DNA of 64,000 bases from Octopus bimaculoides (GCF_001194135.2 NC_068987.1:2520337-2584336); one strand, 5' to 3'; shown: positions 36,641-49,574, counted from the stretch's first letter. Numbers and translations: made by a program. The notes: generated from the sequence alone by a model not told the origin.

Positions 36641-38529
36641 TTCAACATAATCAAAGCTTTATCGAATGAAGAATTTTTCGATGGGTTGACAGGTGCGAGT
36701 TATGACGTATATATACATGCATAGTCGTATATATGTATATATGTAAGTGTATATGTATGCATACATATGAGTATATATATATGTATATGTGTTTATATAT
36801 ACATACATATATATATTTGTAAACAGGTTTGTAATGAAAGATATGACAAAGTAGGTATCAGATGGCGACATGTCTCAATGTATAAAAGTTTAACAAGAGG
36901 GAGAAGGGCGAGTGAGAGAGAGAGATTGGGGAAATATAGAGGGAGTAGGGACGGGGAGTTACAGTATTTAAAAATTCCTTTTCTTCACACACCTTTTCAC
37001 TCTCTCTTACTCTTTCTGTATATTTGTGTTGTAGTTTTCGCTGTTTCTCTCTCTCTCTCTTAATTTTTCTCCTCAACAACAATAAGGAACCAGACTTGTT
37101 TAGCTCCTGGTCAGCGCTGGTGGACTAAACCTATTGTCAGAAATATTCTATCCGTGACCATCCATCAGACTGTTTTCAAGAATATAGGATTGAATTTTAG
37201 GAGTATTTGACTGCTATTTCAAGCATAACCAAGAACCGCATCACCACTCCTTTTTTTTTTTGTCTCTGTTTCTGCATTAGAGTTAGTGGGTGCTGTGTGG
37301 GAGTGACCCCCTAACAACAGGTAATACGAGTCGAGGTCAATCTTCCGGGAACACACAAACACCACACCTAACAGTCTTTGTCAAGACAGACAATAATCTG
37401 TTTAATGTTGATAACCTGTGACAATTTGATAGAGATAGTGAAGGGGAGGCGGGGTGATGGAGATGCGGGGGTAGGCAGAAAAGGATTGTGAGCGATGAAA
37501 TATTTGCGTTACGTTCCTCCCTTTTTTTTTATTATCAAGGCTTAAGTAAAGGAGGAAATAAGGGAGGCCTAAAGAACTGCAATAGTGAGCCCATCCCCGC
37601 TATAAGTACCCAAGGACCGGGTGAGGAATCTAAAATAACCTGAGGTTAAATCAAACACGTTCCCTGTGAATCAATGCTTCTTTTTTGCGACTAATCCGAC
37701 AGAGACCTCCCCTACTTCTGTGTTCAAAATTGGTTATTTCCAAGGGTCCCTAATTAAGTGTCAACCTTCTATCATAGTCTTATAAAAGAACTTTAACCCT
37801 CACTGCGCTGATTAAGCTTTTGCTGATCATGTCATAAGTTAATTATATGCAAATCAGTTTTAGCAATTCCTTTGTATTGGATAGAAAACTAAAATGTGCA
37901 TACTACGTCATATGAAATGTGGAGAATCTGGAAATGACCCTACCATCAAAAACGAAATAATTTAGTTCCCGTATCTCAACTGTCCATGTATGGAACCGAG
38001 TATGCTGGGTTCCTGTGAAGTAAGGATTAAATTTATGTTCCAAACACCAGTTAAATAATGGCGAGGTTAGTTATTTTGCTAAATCCTTTATGGATAATGA
38101 ATTATGTCACAAAAGGATGAATGAAAAACACACAAATGTTCAGAATATATCTGAAAATATTTCATAGAAAGTTCCTTGTTATTATGGAATTTAACGAATT
38201 TCAAGTACTTCTTTGAAATATTCTTCAAATTTTTACTGATATTTTAATTTGAATAAAAGGATAAAACTCGTCAAAGAATCATTGAAAACACTTGAATATT
38301 TTGCTATTAAATGTTCTAGCAAGAATTAAAGGACTGAAAAGAAAACTTATTTCCCAAAAAAAGAAAAAAGGTATTTTTTAAAACATAGTTTAATACGATA
38401 TTCAAAACTGTAAAAAGAAGAAAGAAACTAAATCAAAATTACTCATCGTATTCATTTAAATATTATGGAAGTTCTTACAAATGCACAGCGCCGCTTTTCC
38501 TTCAGTGCGCATGTGTGTGTGTGTGCGTG

Positions 38530-38911
38530 CGCGCGTGTTTGCGTAACTGTATGGTGAGAAGTTTGCTTCAGAACCTCATGATTCTGGGTTCAGTCCCACC
38601 ACTGCGTGACACTTTGTGCAAGTGTTTTCTACTAACAGCCTCGGGTCGGCCAAAGCCTTATGAGTGGATTTGGAAGGCGGAAACTGAAGGAAGTCAATAG
38701 AATATATATATATATATATATATGGGTGCGGGGTGCTAAAAAGTTCCTAGCTTGAAGGGCATCACGAAAGGCCTGATAGGAGAACTAAACTTCCGTGTTT
38801 TTTTTACAGGGCTTAGAAAAACAGAAGGATGTTTAAAATCATAATTAACCGGTCCTCCTATATTTTCTTTTACTCAATGTCAGGAACTTTATAGCACCAC
38901 CTCGTATATAC

Positions 38912-38945
<34 letters not shown>

Positions 38946-39307
38946 ATTTTGTTTCGGTCATCTGACTGCGGCCATGCTGGAGCACCGCCTTTAGTCGAAC
39001 AAACCGACCCTAGGATTGAAATATATTTATAATTTGTTTATTATAGAGATAAGCAATAAGTTATTAATATATAAAAATTCTCGTATATTCCATCTGCCGT
39101 CTTTCATTTGCCATATTGCATAACGAACACTGTGAAAGTGACCGTGCTTTACCAGTAAGCTACCAGGTATAAACCATTCGTTTTATGATCTAATGATAAT
39201 AATATACACTCGTGTATATATACATACGACGGGCTTCTTTCCGTTTCCCTCTACCAAATCCACTCACAAGGCCATGGTCGGCCCGAGGCTATAGTAGAAG
39301 ACATTTG

Positions 39308-39310
<3 letters not shown>
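38530..39310. mobile_element. Cluster of SINE family B fragments (38530-38700 +, 38945-39015 -, 39222-39310 -)
   Basis: GGGTTCAGTCCCACC...CCAAAGCCTTATGAGTGGATTTGG; CTGACTGCGGCCATGCTGGAGCACCGCC; ACGACGGGCTTCTTTCCGTTTCC. Confidence 0.8.
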
Positions 39311-39368
<58 letters not shown>

Positions 39369-39835
39369 GCGTCACTGGAGACACAACCAACCACCCAACA
39401 TATTTATATATTTATATATCAGCCGCTATCATATAGAGATTATTAGTGATCTAAAGTCGGTTAAGTTTTTCTTAATTTGAACAATAAATAATGACTTGAA
39501 GTCTAAAAGAAAATAAAGCAAACTACTCGAGTTATTTAGAGGATCTTTTAAGAAAATAAACATACATTGACATAATAAAAGTTGTATTAATATATTCAGG
39601 AAAATAGCGTGGAAGGATTCTCGAGATCTTTTCTTGCTTCTTGAGTCGCTCTCCAACGTTCTTTCGCGGGTTTGTAAATACGCTGTAAATCTATTTACGA
39701 CTGTCGTTCTTTTGTTATGACCGAGGACGGCAAAACACTGCCCAGTTTAACAGACAGATTTCCTCTAACCGAACAACACACACACGCACACACAGAAGGA
39801 GCGAGGGACAGGAAAAGTGAATGGTCCTTCTACGT

Positions 39836-39995
39836 CAGTGGTTCTCAACCATTTTTTAACGAAGGAAACCTTTGGTCCTTATTTTACTGGGTGGAACTTT
39901 AGAGCCACTCGAAGTCTAAAAACTTTTATATTTTTGTCATCAAATATTATTGGGAATTAAATTAAGATATTTTTCATAATACAGTTCTATAATTA
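39836..39995. mobile_element. hAT-Buster terminal fragment related to the 29071 end
   Basis: CAGTGGTTCTCAACCATTTTTT...TCCTTATTTTACT...AATATTATTGGGAATT aligns with 29071-29190; preceded by TTCTACGT (NNNTANNN). Confidence 0.7.
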
Positions 39996-40158
39996 AAGAG
40001 ATGAGGAATTATGTACATTATTTACATTTGACGGATATTTGTCCTCATCTTGTTTGTTGTTAACACAACGTTTCGGCTGATATACCTTCCAGACTTTATC
40101 GGGTGTCTTNNNNNNNNNNTCATTCCTAAGGTATTTTTCGTTGCTATTATTATTATTA

Positions 40159-40197
<39 letters not shown>

Positions 40198-40265
40198 TCA
40201 CTGCCTGGAATAGAACTCGGAATCTTGGGGTTAGTAGCCCGCGCTCTTAACCACTACGCCATATG
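39995..40265 (-). mobile_element. tRNA-headed SINE-like element with (AAT)n spacer and a hammerhead-like 3' module
   Basis: Minus strand: TGGCGTAGTGGTTAAGAGCGCGGGCTACTAACCCCAAGATTCCGAGTTCTATTCC (A box, anticodon-like arm, B box), (AAT)n, short linker with 10-N gap, then the motif at 40063-40106. Confidence 0.65.
40063..40106 (-). ncRNA. Minimal type I hammerhead-like motif with mutated core
   Basis: ACAC-CCGATAA-AGTCTGGAAGGTATATCAGCC-GAAA-CG-TT-GTGT: stem I ACAC/GTGT, palindromic ACGT stem III, two substitutions in CTGATGA. Confidence 0.55.
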
Positions 40266-41015
40266 CTGGTGGGCATATATTTTTTTATATTGTACAAGTG
40301 CAACCAGTTTATTCCACATACATTTTCGCAATAACATCTTATGTGGTCCTCCAGTTGTCATATGGACTCCGATTGAGAACAACTGCACCACATGGTTACA
40401 CGGCCACGTAACAAAATCCCTCTCAATTCACACCGTTTTATTTTAAAACAGGAAGGACACTAGTTAATATATTTCCAGATAAGCTGTGACAATATGGGGT
40501 CCGATGACGCCTAGAACACTCCTTTCATCACAGATCTGCTGGATCAAAACATTTTGATTTGCACGACAATCACCGAAATAGAAAGACACACACACACACA
40601 CACAGAGTCGAATGACGTCATTTGACGATTGACATTAACGAGGTTCATGATCTTACGTTTTCTGTGTTGTTTTCCAATGACGGTGAATATACGTAAGCAT
40701 TTGTGGGTGTACCGTGAGTGTCAGGGTATATGCCGAGGTAGCTGGGTACGCTCGCTTGTTTTCAAAACTCTTAAGCACAAGTGGACGCATATTAAAGTGC
40801 AACATAGAATTTATTTTATATGGCAATTAGAGGGTATTAACGTCCTTCTTTTTAGGTTTTTAAATTTTCATAGATGCACCACACGCACACACACACACAT
40901 TCATACATAAACATATATAATTATATGTGTATATTTCATATGTATACATAAACATAATTACATATATAATATATACATAATTTATTTATATAACATACTC
41001 ATAATTATATATATA

Positions 41016-41565
41016 CGAGGTGGGTGAAAAGTAACTAGACATTAGAAATTGCTTATAGAATGTTTAGTATCACTGAAGTCATGACGAAAGCATTTTTCAA
41101 ACAGACAAAACTAATGGAGATTTCTTATTTTCTTATTGTCTTATTTCTTATTTTGCCGATGGCCGGTGGTTTGACTGTTCAGGAGGGAGCTAAGATAGCA
41201 GCATGCAATGAAGTGTGGAATTCCATCGTTTTGGTTTTGGTTCAGAGATGGTGGCGTGCATGGAAAGGTAAGCATGTAACACTATGTCTGGAGACAGTAA
41301 AAAGTTGTCATGCAAAGCTGATGACCACGGGCTCTGTGAACGATGCAAGAAGTGGCCATCCAACCACATCCTGATCAGTGGAGAACACGGCAACTGTGCA
41401 AGAAATGCTTAATCGCTGGCCCCCAAAAATCAACACATCAAGCAGATCGTGAAAGTGGACAAAAAAAGGCGCACAATACGTACGGTGTTGCGTAAAGAAT
41501 TGAATTTTCGTCCGTGGAAACCCCATTACGAGCAAGAGCTAAAACCTGAAGACTGTGACCGCAGA
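41016..41565 (+). mobile_element. Tc1/mariner-superfamily 5' remnant
   Basis: TA-CGAGGTGGGTGAAAAGTAAC terminus; CHAKLMTTGSVNDARSGHPTTS (HTH linker) and LNFRPWKPHYEQELKPEDCDRR. Confidence 0.8.
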
Positions 41566-41574
41566 AGTCCAGGA

Positions 41575-41690
41575 CTCTAAGTCGAACAAATCGACCCCAG
41601 GAATTATTCTTTTGTAAGCCTAGTATTTATTCTATTGGTGACTTTTGCCGAATCACTAAGTTACGGTAACGTAAACACACCAACATCGGC
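41575..41690 (-). mobile_element. SINE family B tail
   Basis: AAGTCGAACAAATCGACCCCAGG...CTAGTATTTATTCTATTGGTGACTTTTGCCGAATCACTAAGTTACGG. Confidence 0.8.
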
Positions 41691-42419
41691 GATGGTAGTG
41701 GGGGATGTGATGTTTATATTTGATTTAAAATCTATTTTCCGTTAATCCTCCCTAACTCCTCTCAGCACTTTTTTCCTCTTTGCAATTTTTATCTTTGCTC
41801 TGCACACAAGCACCAACACCAGGCCCTATCCACTTGACATCCAGGGCCTCCTTTGTCAAGGACTGGCCGTTAAGTGAACAGGAGACAGTGTTGGTGTAAT
41901 TGCCTTTTGATGGTGGGGATATCAAGTGTGACTATTGCTGTGGCCTTGTTTGTGGTGAAATATTTCAATGAGATTATTATCCAGGCATTGTTCTTACAGA
42001 AGAGTTTTAATCTGTGTTGATTTGCGGAAATACTACCTTAACAAGGACAGGAAGTTAGCAGTAGAGTTCAACTCCATGTTCAGCGTAATTGACTGAGGAT
42101 TCAGAATTTTCTTAAGTCTGGAGAAAACTTGCTTTAACCAGTTTGGTTCCGGCTAACCGAATTAAACACATATCAAGGGTGATTTAAGAGTCCTTTTGGC
42201 ATTTATGCCAACCAACTAATGACCACGATCCTTTGATATTGATACACGTTTAGCATCCACTTCCCCTGTCCCTCCCCCGTACGTCCTTCCTCTCCACCAC
42301 CGTTTTCAAATTCTTCCCCACAACATTCATTTACGCTTCTCATACGTGTCACACCGTTAACTACTACGGCACGGGCATTACAGACTCAGTTTATTGCCGT
42401 ACACATTAAACTGTCTGAC

Positions 42420-42640
42420 GGCTAGGAAACCACAGGCGAAATGCTTAGCAGTATTTCGTCTGCCGTTACGCTCTGAGTTCAAATTCCTCGGAGGTCGACT
42501 TTGCCTTTCATCCTTTCGGGGTCGATAAATTAAGTACCAGTTACGCACTGGGGTAGATGTAATCGACTTAATCCCTTTGTCTGTCCTTATTTGTCTCCTC
42601 TATGTTTAGCCCCTTGTGGGCAATAAAGAAATAAGAAACC
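42420..42640 (+). mobile_element. SINE family A, long-tail variant
   Basis: GGCGAAATGCTTAGCAGTATTTCGTCTGCCGTTACGCTCTGAGTTCAAATTCCTCGGAGGTCGAC...GTGGGCAATAAAGAAATAAGAAAC. Confidence 0.9.
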
Positions 42641-42724
42641 ATAGGCAGTTGAATTTGTACCATTCTATGGTGTGCCATTTTTATGGCGATGAATATTTTC
42701 TCATCTTTTTACATAAACATTTTT

Positions 42725-43040
42725 CCAGGATGGGCAAGTGCCTTCTATAACTTCAGGCGGATCAAAGCCTTGTGAGTGGATTTGATATATGGAAACTGAA
42801 AGAAGGCTGTCAGTGGTGTGTGTGTGTGTGGGGGGGGTCTACCTGCCTGTCTGTCTGTCTGTTTCCCACCATCACTTGGCAACCAGTGTTGGTGTATTTA
42901 CGTTCTCGTAACTTAGCGCTTCGATCAAATCCATCGATAGAGTAGGTACCAGACTTGAGATAGAAAAATGTACTGGGGTGGATTCTTTCGACTAAAATTC
43001 TTGAAGGCGATGCCCTAGCATGGCCGCCGTTTAATGAGTG
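42725..43040 (+). mobile_element. SINE family B
   Basis: GGGCAAGTGCCTTCTATAAC...CAAAGCCTTGTGAGTGGATTTG through CCCTAGCATGGCCGCC. Confidence 0.85.
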
Positions 43041-43359
43041 AATCCTCCCCAGACACAACAATGTAAATTACTAGTTCGTGTTTTAATAATTTTTTATTTC
43101 TGTAATTTTCACTGTCTTGCCCGCTTACGCTTTGGTATTCCACTAATTTCGTTTTGAGAACAATTTAGGTCTTAGTAGACACAAGATGTGGTCTATTTCT
43201 AGCACATTAAATGTCCACCTTAGTGGTCAACGTTATATATAAAAATATACTTTAATCCCCTGAGATCGCAGATATTGTTTCTGAATCTCTCTGATTCTTT
43301 AAATGTGCTAGCTTCCTGGTAATAAATCGATATTAATTAATATATGATTTTTTACCCTA

Positions 43360-43404
<45 letters not shown>

Positions 43405-43741
43405 TATAGATATATATAGATAGATAGATACGTATACGTACATACTTGCATGTATGCGTATATACATGTTCATATGTGGGCACAGGACGTCACAAAACAT
43501 AAACAACAAAAAATACGAAGTACGAAGACATGAAATGAGGACTTTTTTTGCAAGCAACAAAAGAAATAAATGGAAAACAAGACAAGCAACACAACGAACG
43601 ACCCTTCATCATTTGGCGGCTGTTTTTCTAATCCGTATTTCGAGCATTTCACGAGAAGACACGCCTTCGATAAAATATTCATTCAATAAGTAACAGTTTC
43701 ATCATAACCAAAAACTTCAGCGTCGTATTTATAATTTTTTG

Positions 43742-43791
43742 ACTGGGACTTCGAAGTTTCGCCATATAAGAGTGTGGCTTACTTGAACAGT
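43742..43791 (-). ncRNA. Decayed hammerhead-like motif, ACTTCGAAGT family
   Basis: ACTGTT-CAAGTAA-GCCA(cactcttata)TGGC-GAAA-CTTCGAAG-TC-CCAGT: stem II, GAAA, 10-nt palindrome and GUC are intact; the CUGANGA box is destroyed. Confidence 0.4.
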
Positions 43792-44348
43792 GGAATGTTT
43801 CAGCCACAAGCAATGTTGTGTGTTATGCTAGTTGTGTAGAATTGCACAATTCCTCGCCCCACTCATTTTCCCCATTTATTGTAATTCTAATTAACAGAAG
43901 AGAGGAAGAAGAAATTAATTAGGACGGGAGAGGTTAAAAATTAATGAGGATATCAGTCATTATGGCATAATTATCTTCCTTGTTTCAACCCCCTCCCCTT
44001 TGACCTAATTTACACCCTCCATTATTGAATAATATGATGCTTCTGTTGCAGTATTTTACCATTCGTTGTGTTAATAAGCCACTGACTCGCGACACTTCGC
44101 AATCACTGTCAATTTTATGTTTACGCCATAAGAATTTAGAAACTTCGAAAGAACGTGAAATAATTCGTTTTTTAATGGTGGAACACGAATAGGAAAAGCT
44201 ATAAATAATAACGCACAAATGCTGGGTTTGTAGAAGATATGGGTTTCAGTCCCACAGACAGCCTTCGAATTTTTTAATCCAAAGGATTTCTTAACCCAAT
44301 TTATATTGTTTGTGATGTGCATGTACGTGTCTGTGTAGATGTGTACGC

Positions 44349-44391
44349 ATGTTTATAAAATCTTTCGTATATCGGTTTCTCATCAGAACAT
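44349..44391 (-). ncRNA. Minimal hammerhead-like motif with intact core and weak stems II and III
   Basis: ATGTT-CTGATGA-GAAACCGATATAC-GAAA-GATTTTA-TA-AACAT; 5-bp stem I and G10.1-C11.1 pair present. Confidence 0.45.
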
Positions 44392-45050
44392 CGATGAAAA
44401 ACCGCTGTTGCTCACCCCTACATTCCTCGATTTACGGACGATCCCTTGTAACTCTCGGCATTATAAATCCAATGAGCTAGTGATTGTTGCCCAGTTAGCA
44501 ATTTGTGATTGCTAACGACGCTGTTGTTCATGCGATAAGATTAAAATAAAATAAAATAATATTAACAGCGACGACATCTGGATTGGCTGCTCCTCAGGAA
44601 AACGTAATTTCGCGAAAAACTCTTCGAGAGTCAACTGGAGAAGACTTTATTGACACACACACACACACTCAATCTTTCATGCACACATGCAAAGATACAT
44701 ATACACACATTGATGGGTAAACGCATACACTTATACATCCACACACGTATTCTCTTTCTCTCCCTTTCACACACACTCTCTCACCCACAATGATCTTCTA
44801 CACACACCCGAACCCTACAAACATCCCCACCACGTGAATATTTACCTAACACCCCTGTTTACATACTGCTGTACCCAGCTGTGTCTATCAAACACACCTT
44901 CGCCATATTTAATTTATTTCGTTTTAGCCCAGCCTCGTTTTCAGCTTCAAAAATTCTTTACTGCTGACATTTTTTTACAATTATTTACTTTTTACCTCAC
45001 CACTCCTCAAGTTCATACACACACACACACACACACACGTGTGTGTCTTT

Positions 45051-45684
45051 AAGTACGTAGAGGTGCATTTGTGCGTTCGTATGGCCGTAGGTTCGATACA
45101 GGTGGCGTGTTGTGCCCTTAAGCAAGTCATTTTACTTTCACATTGCTCCAATCCATTCAACTGGCAAACATGAGTTGTACCAGTAATTCAAAAGGGTCAG
45201 CCTTGTCACATTCTGTGTCATACTGAATTTCCCTGAGAACTACATTATCAAAGGTAGGCATGTCTGTGGAGTACTCAACCACTTGCACATTTATTTCACT
45301 TATAGCTTGCTTACCAACCATATGGTTCCGGACTCAGTCCCATAGTGTGGCACCTTGGGCAAGTGTCTTCTACTATAGCCTCGGGCCGACCAAAACCTTG
45401 TGAGTGGATTTGGTAAGCGGAAACTGAAAGAAGCCCGTCGTATATATGTGTATATATATTTATGTATGCGTGTGTATATGTTTGAGTGTCTGTGTTTGTC
45501 CACCCGGTATCACTTGACAACCGATGGTGGTGTGTTTACGTCCCTGTAACTTAGAGATTCGGCTAAAGAGACCGATAGAATAAGTAGTAGACCTACAAAG
45601 AATAAGTCCTGGGGTCGATCTGCTTGACTAAAGGCAGTGTTACAGCATGGCCGCAGTCAAATGACTGAAACAAGTAAAATAGTA

Positions 45685-45685
<1 letters not shown>
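45051..45685 (+). mobile_element. SINE C (45051-45299) directly followed by near-full-length SINE B (45300-45685)
   Basis: Both bodies match other copies in the window; (TAA)n follows. Confidence 0.85.
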
Positions 45686-45719
<34 letters not shown>

Positions 45720-45722
<3 letters not shown>

Positions 45723-46240
45723 CGCAGTGGCTCTCATGACTTCTGAGCTTAACTGATTGGAAGTGTTGTCATGTACATTGTTTTGTCTTGGTATAAAAAG
45801 ATGGGCTACAGCAAATATTCTGCTTAATACCACAGATTTGCTTGTCGGTTGTTTGACCACAACTAGTTGAGCATGTCCCTTGGTGGCTGATGACATGTGC
45901 ATCTCTGATCATAAGCAGAAGTAGAGGGGGAGCATCATAGCCATGTGCTGAGAGGAATTCTTTGGAGTTTGAATAATTCAGATCTGGAAACCTGGGATTT
46001 TCGTTCAAGATCCTTAAACAACCCTTATTCAGGGACCTTCCGAGTGAGATGGGGTCCTCGACCTAAACAAAAAAAATTCTAACTGGGTCCCACCTGCAAC
46101 GACATGCGCTGTTGATCTTCATATGAGATCACCATATGGTTGCGCCCATATGGTTGTGATGCATGTGCCTAGTGTACCCTTTTCAGTCGGATATTCATGG
46201 CAGGTATACTGGGCTACGTATATTTGTACCTCAGAGTCAA
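45720..46240. repeat. Unclassified interspersed repeat downstream of (TAA)n
   Basis: High-complexity non-coding block whose sequence I recall as recurrent in octopus DNA; no second copy in this window. Confidence 0.35.
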
Positions 46241-46374
46241 TTCGATGGCGTGCACTGCTCTCTCATACAATCCTTTCTTCTATTGTGACAAAGCCTGGTC
46301 CCTTTTTTTTTTTTGCATGTGTGTGGTTGGAGGGGGCTGGTCGATTATATAAAACCTAGTTTCTCAACTGGCGC

Positions 46375-46730
46375 TTATTTTATCGATCTCCGAAAGATGG
46401 ATGGCAAAATCGACCTTAGCAGAGTATAAACCCAGAACGTAAATACGGAAGAAATGCCACAAAACATTTTGTCCGGCACGCTAACGATTCTGCCAGCTCC
46501 GCACCTTAATAATATTGGTTACATATTTTGGCACTAAGCCAGCAATTTCTGGGGTGGGGGTAAGATGACTACATCGACCGCAGTACTCAGGTGGTACTTG
46601 ATTTATCGATCCCGAAAGGATGAAAGGCAAAGCAGACTGCGACAGCATTTGAACTCAGAACGTAAAACCGGAGGAAATACCGTTAAGCATTTTGTATGGC
46701 GTGCTTACAATTCTGCCAGTTGACTGCACT
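46375..46730 (-). mobile_element. Two tandem SINE family A copies
   Basis: Both contain CCGAAAG(G)ATG...GGCAAA...GAC...CAGAACGTAAA...GCTAACGATTCTGCCAG-like cores. Confidence 0.85.
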
Positions 46731-46765
46731 TGATAATGATGATGATGATGATGATGATAATGATG

Positions 46766-46807
<42 letters not shown>

Positions 46808-48270
46808 CTGATGCTTGCGTAAGCAAATTTTTAACCCGGAAGACAACCTGAAGTAATTAGTTAATTAGTTGATCTTGCTGAGAAAAATATCGGTCATGTT
46901 TGCTGAGTTATTTCAGGAGTGCCCTGATGATGTCTGTATGTGCTGCTGTATGTGGGTACATTGGCTGTCTGATTATTAACACACACACAGCAGTGTGGCA
47001 CCTACGTACTGCTAACGGTACAACGTAGTTACCGAGGTTTTTTTTTACCCATAATGCTCAAAAATATCTGGAGAAATTCTGAAATGTTTGAGGCTGCTAC
47101 ATATGTCCATAGAAAATTTTTAAAAAAGGACTGAGGGAGACACTCAATTTCTGATATTCAATGTAGAGGAAACCTGAGTTATCTTGCCTCTTGCGTGATC
47201 TTGCCAAGCTTTCCACGACACACACTTATGTTTCGAGAATCGTGTCCTCTTCAGACCGTGTAACATGACAGAATCCCTCTGAAACTAACGAACACTGGGA
47301 CAGAGTAAAATAAATTAAAAAAAAGAAAACTGACCATATGTTCCGTCTTTACGTCAAAGGTATTTCTTTTGCCATAACATGGCTTTTCGGGTAATGTGGT
47401 ATTGTGTATATAGGAATTTTTTAAAGTATTGTTTTTAGACACATGTTTGATGAAGACATATCCAACAATATATTGGATAATTTGTATTTTAAAAAAGAAC
47501 ATTCGAATTTGTAGAGAAATTAGAAGAAGTGTAATGGGCATGCGGGAAGCAAAGAGTTCCAGTAACTCCATTATTTCAAACAGTTATCTTAATTATATAT
47601 GAGAACAGCTTTTAATAAAAGTGTATTAAAATTGCAATTATACTGAAGATTTTTATATACTCTACTGCAGTTCTTTCCAATCTTATAGGAATTCTGCGTG
47701 ATTTTTTTAGAGCAATCAATTTCCTGCTACATTAATGTTTTTCGACTTTCGCAGTCTTAATATGGATAGAGGGTCGTATTTGTTTTAATGGTGATGTCAG
47801 TCTGGAGTTTGAAGCTTTGATTGTTTGCTCTAGTTTTCTTTCAACAGTTAAGAAATGTTTGGGTTTTATTTTTGAAAACCATGCAGCTAAGCCTGCGCTT
47901 ACACTGCCAATGGAATTTGTGTGAATTAGTCATAGCATTTCGGCCGTCTTCAGATGCCAAAGTATTGGACAATACTGTCATAAAAGTTTTGAAATAAACA
48001 CTATACTGAACCCATGGAGCAGAGTAATTCTTATTCTGCTGTCCATGCCACGAGTGTTTTTGTATCAGTAATTTTCAATTTTGTGGACTGGTTTCTTGTT
48101 TCATTCGGACAGGAGTCAATACACTGTGAGACTACAAGGGAACTAGTGTTAATCTGCGTCGTCATGGCTTGCATTATACAGGCTGTCTGCAAGGTCTGGC
48201 TACGTGGAGTAAATAAAATCATAACATAAACAATTAAATATAAAAAATAATAATTGCTTAAAGTATGTGT

Positions 48271-48307
48271 TAATCCTCATGTACCCAGACTTCGTGGACA
48301 CCCTGTA
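48271..48307 (-). mobile_element. Isolated Tc1-like TIR
   Basis: Reverse complement TA-CAGGGTGTCCACGAAGTCTGGGTACATGAGG; partner TIR not found. Confidence 0.5.
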
Positions 48308-49358
48308 TTGTAAAATCTATAAAAACAAAAGAACACAGTGGGTTTTCCCCTTCTCGCTATTTCGTACAATACTTCTTCCAGGTAAAGACGACAAGAGAGA
48401 ATTTAATATATAAATGACATATTCAGGAAGTATATATACTGGCTTAGTACATAGAGAAAAATGTGTTTATTCATGATATCAATTACTCTGACGACAGTAT
48501 CAAATGTGAAACTCAGAGTAAAGGTTACTGAAGTGTTCAGCTTAACTTTTTTCAAATTGTATCGAATACTTTTTCTTTTTCTCTCTTTTTGTTTAGACTC
48601 TTTTCGTGGGTTTGCGCGCGCCTATGAATACCAATCATGAATTTCTATGACGGTATACATTAAGGGACAAGCTATGTCCCTGATTTCAATAACACACGTT
48701 GAATTATTTCTGTTAGTTGTAACTATAAAGTCCATTTGCAGGGAGACGCAGTAATAAAGATGAAAGGGAGACATTATGTAAATAGACCGACTGACGTAGC
48801 TCCTGTTATTTCTTTAAAAACGTTACTTTTGAAGTGGTGACCGACACAGAAGTACAAATGGTTTACTCGGTCACTGCTTCTATTCAGATCTCTTTGGAGG
48901 TGTTTCGTCCCCTTTCAACACTGAATAAATTATGGATTACAAACAAACTATATATGTTTATATACATATAAAGCATAATTCGTATATACTTACGTGTGTA
49001 TATCTAACAGGACACACACACACATATACCCTTTATGTAATTTATATGTATGTGTACAAGAAAGAGGGAGAGTGTGGCGGCTTGGGCATTCAACTCGGGA
49101 TCACACACACACACACGTATTACATGATATGCACACATCTAATTCTTGTGTGTTGTATATGTAATATGTTGTTGACGTCATAGAAATTTTATAAGCTTTC
49201 GAATTAAGCAAAAATAATTCTGTTTGGGAATAGTTTATCTCGAAGCACACACATAAGGCTGTGAATAATAGCATGGAAATTCAATATTTACATGCTATTA
49301 CTTAAAGCTTGATGTGTGAGCTTCGAGATATACTATTCCTATACACACACACACACTC

Positions 49359-49392
<34 letters not shown>

Positions 49393-49574
49393 TATATAGA
49401 CAGATAGACATGTCCTAGTGTACCTAGAGATGCACCTTCAAAAGTATTCCTTTTTGCTGTATAACCCATGCCAGTCTTCATTCGGAAAATATCTGATAAA
49501 ATGTATTCTGTGACAATCCTGGCTAAGTGTATCTTGTACTATATTATCTAATGTAAATTATAGTACTTCTACAT

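Noticed and set aside
40194-40262. Possible genuine tRNA-Ser gene
   Set aside because: No acceptor stem or long variable arm, and the B box is mutated; treated as a SINE head.
27829-44617. CCAAT plus E2F-like pairs at 27829-27842 and 44582-44617
   Set aside because: Short motifs expected by chance in 64 kb; no CpG-island or TSS evidence.
46830-46845. TTAA-CCC as a piggyBac terminus
   Set aside because: No matching GGG-TTAA end and no transposase remnant.
47925-47960. CTGAAGA-CGGCC-GAAA on the minus strand; also CTGAAGA...GAAA at 47225-47260 and CTGATGA...GAAA at 50235-50265
   Set aside because: Stem II is collapsed or unpaired and/or there is no valid UH site; within chance expectation.
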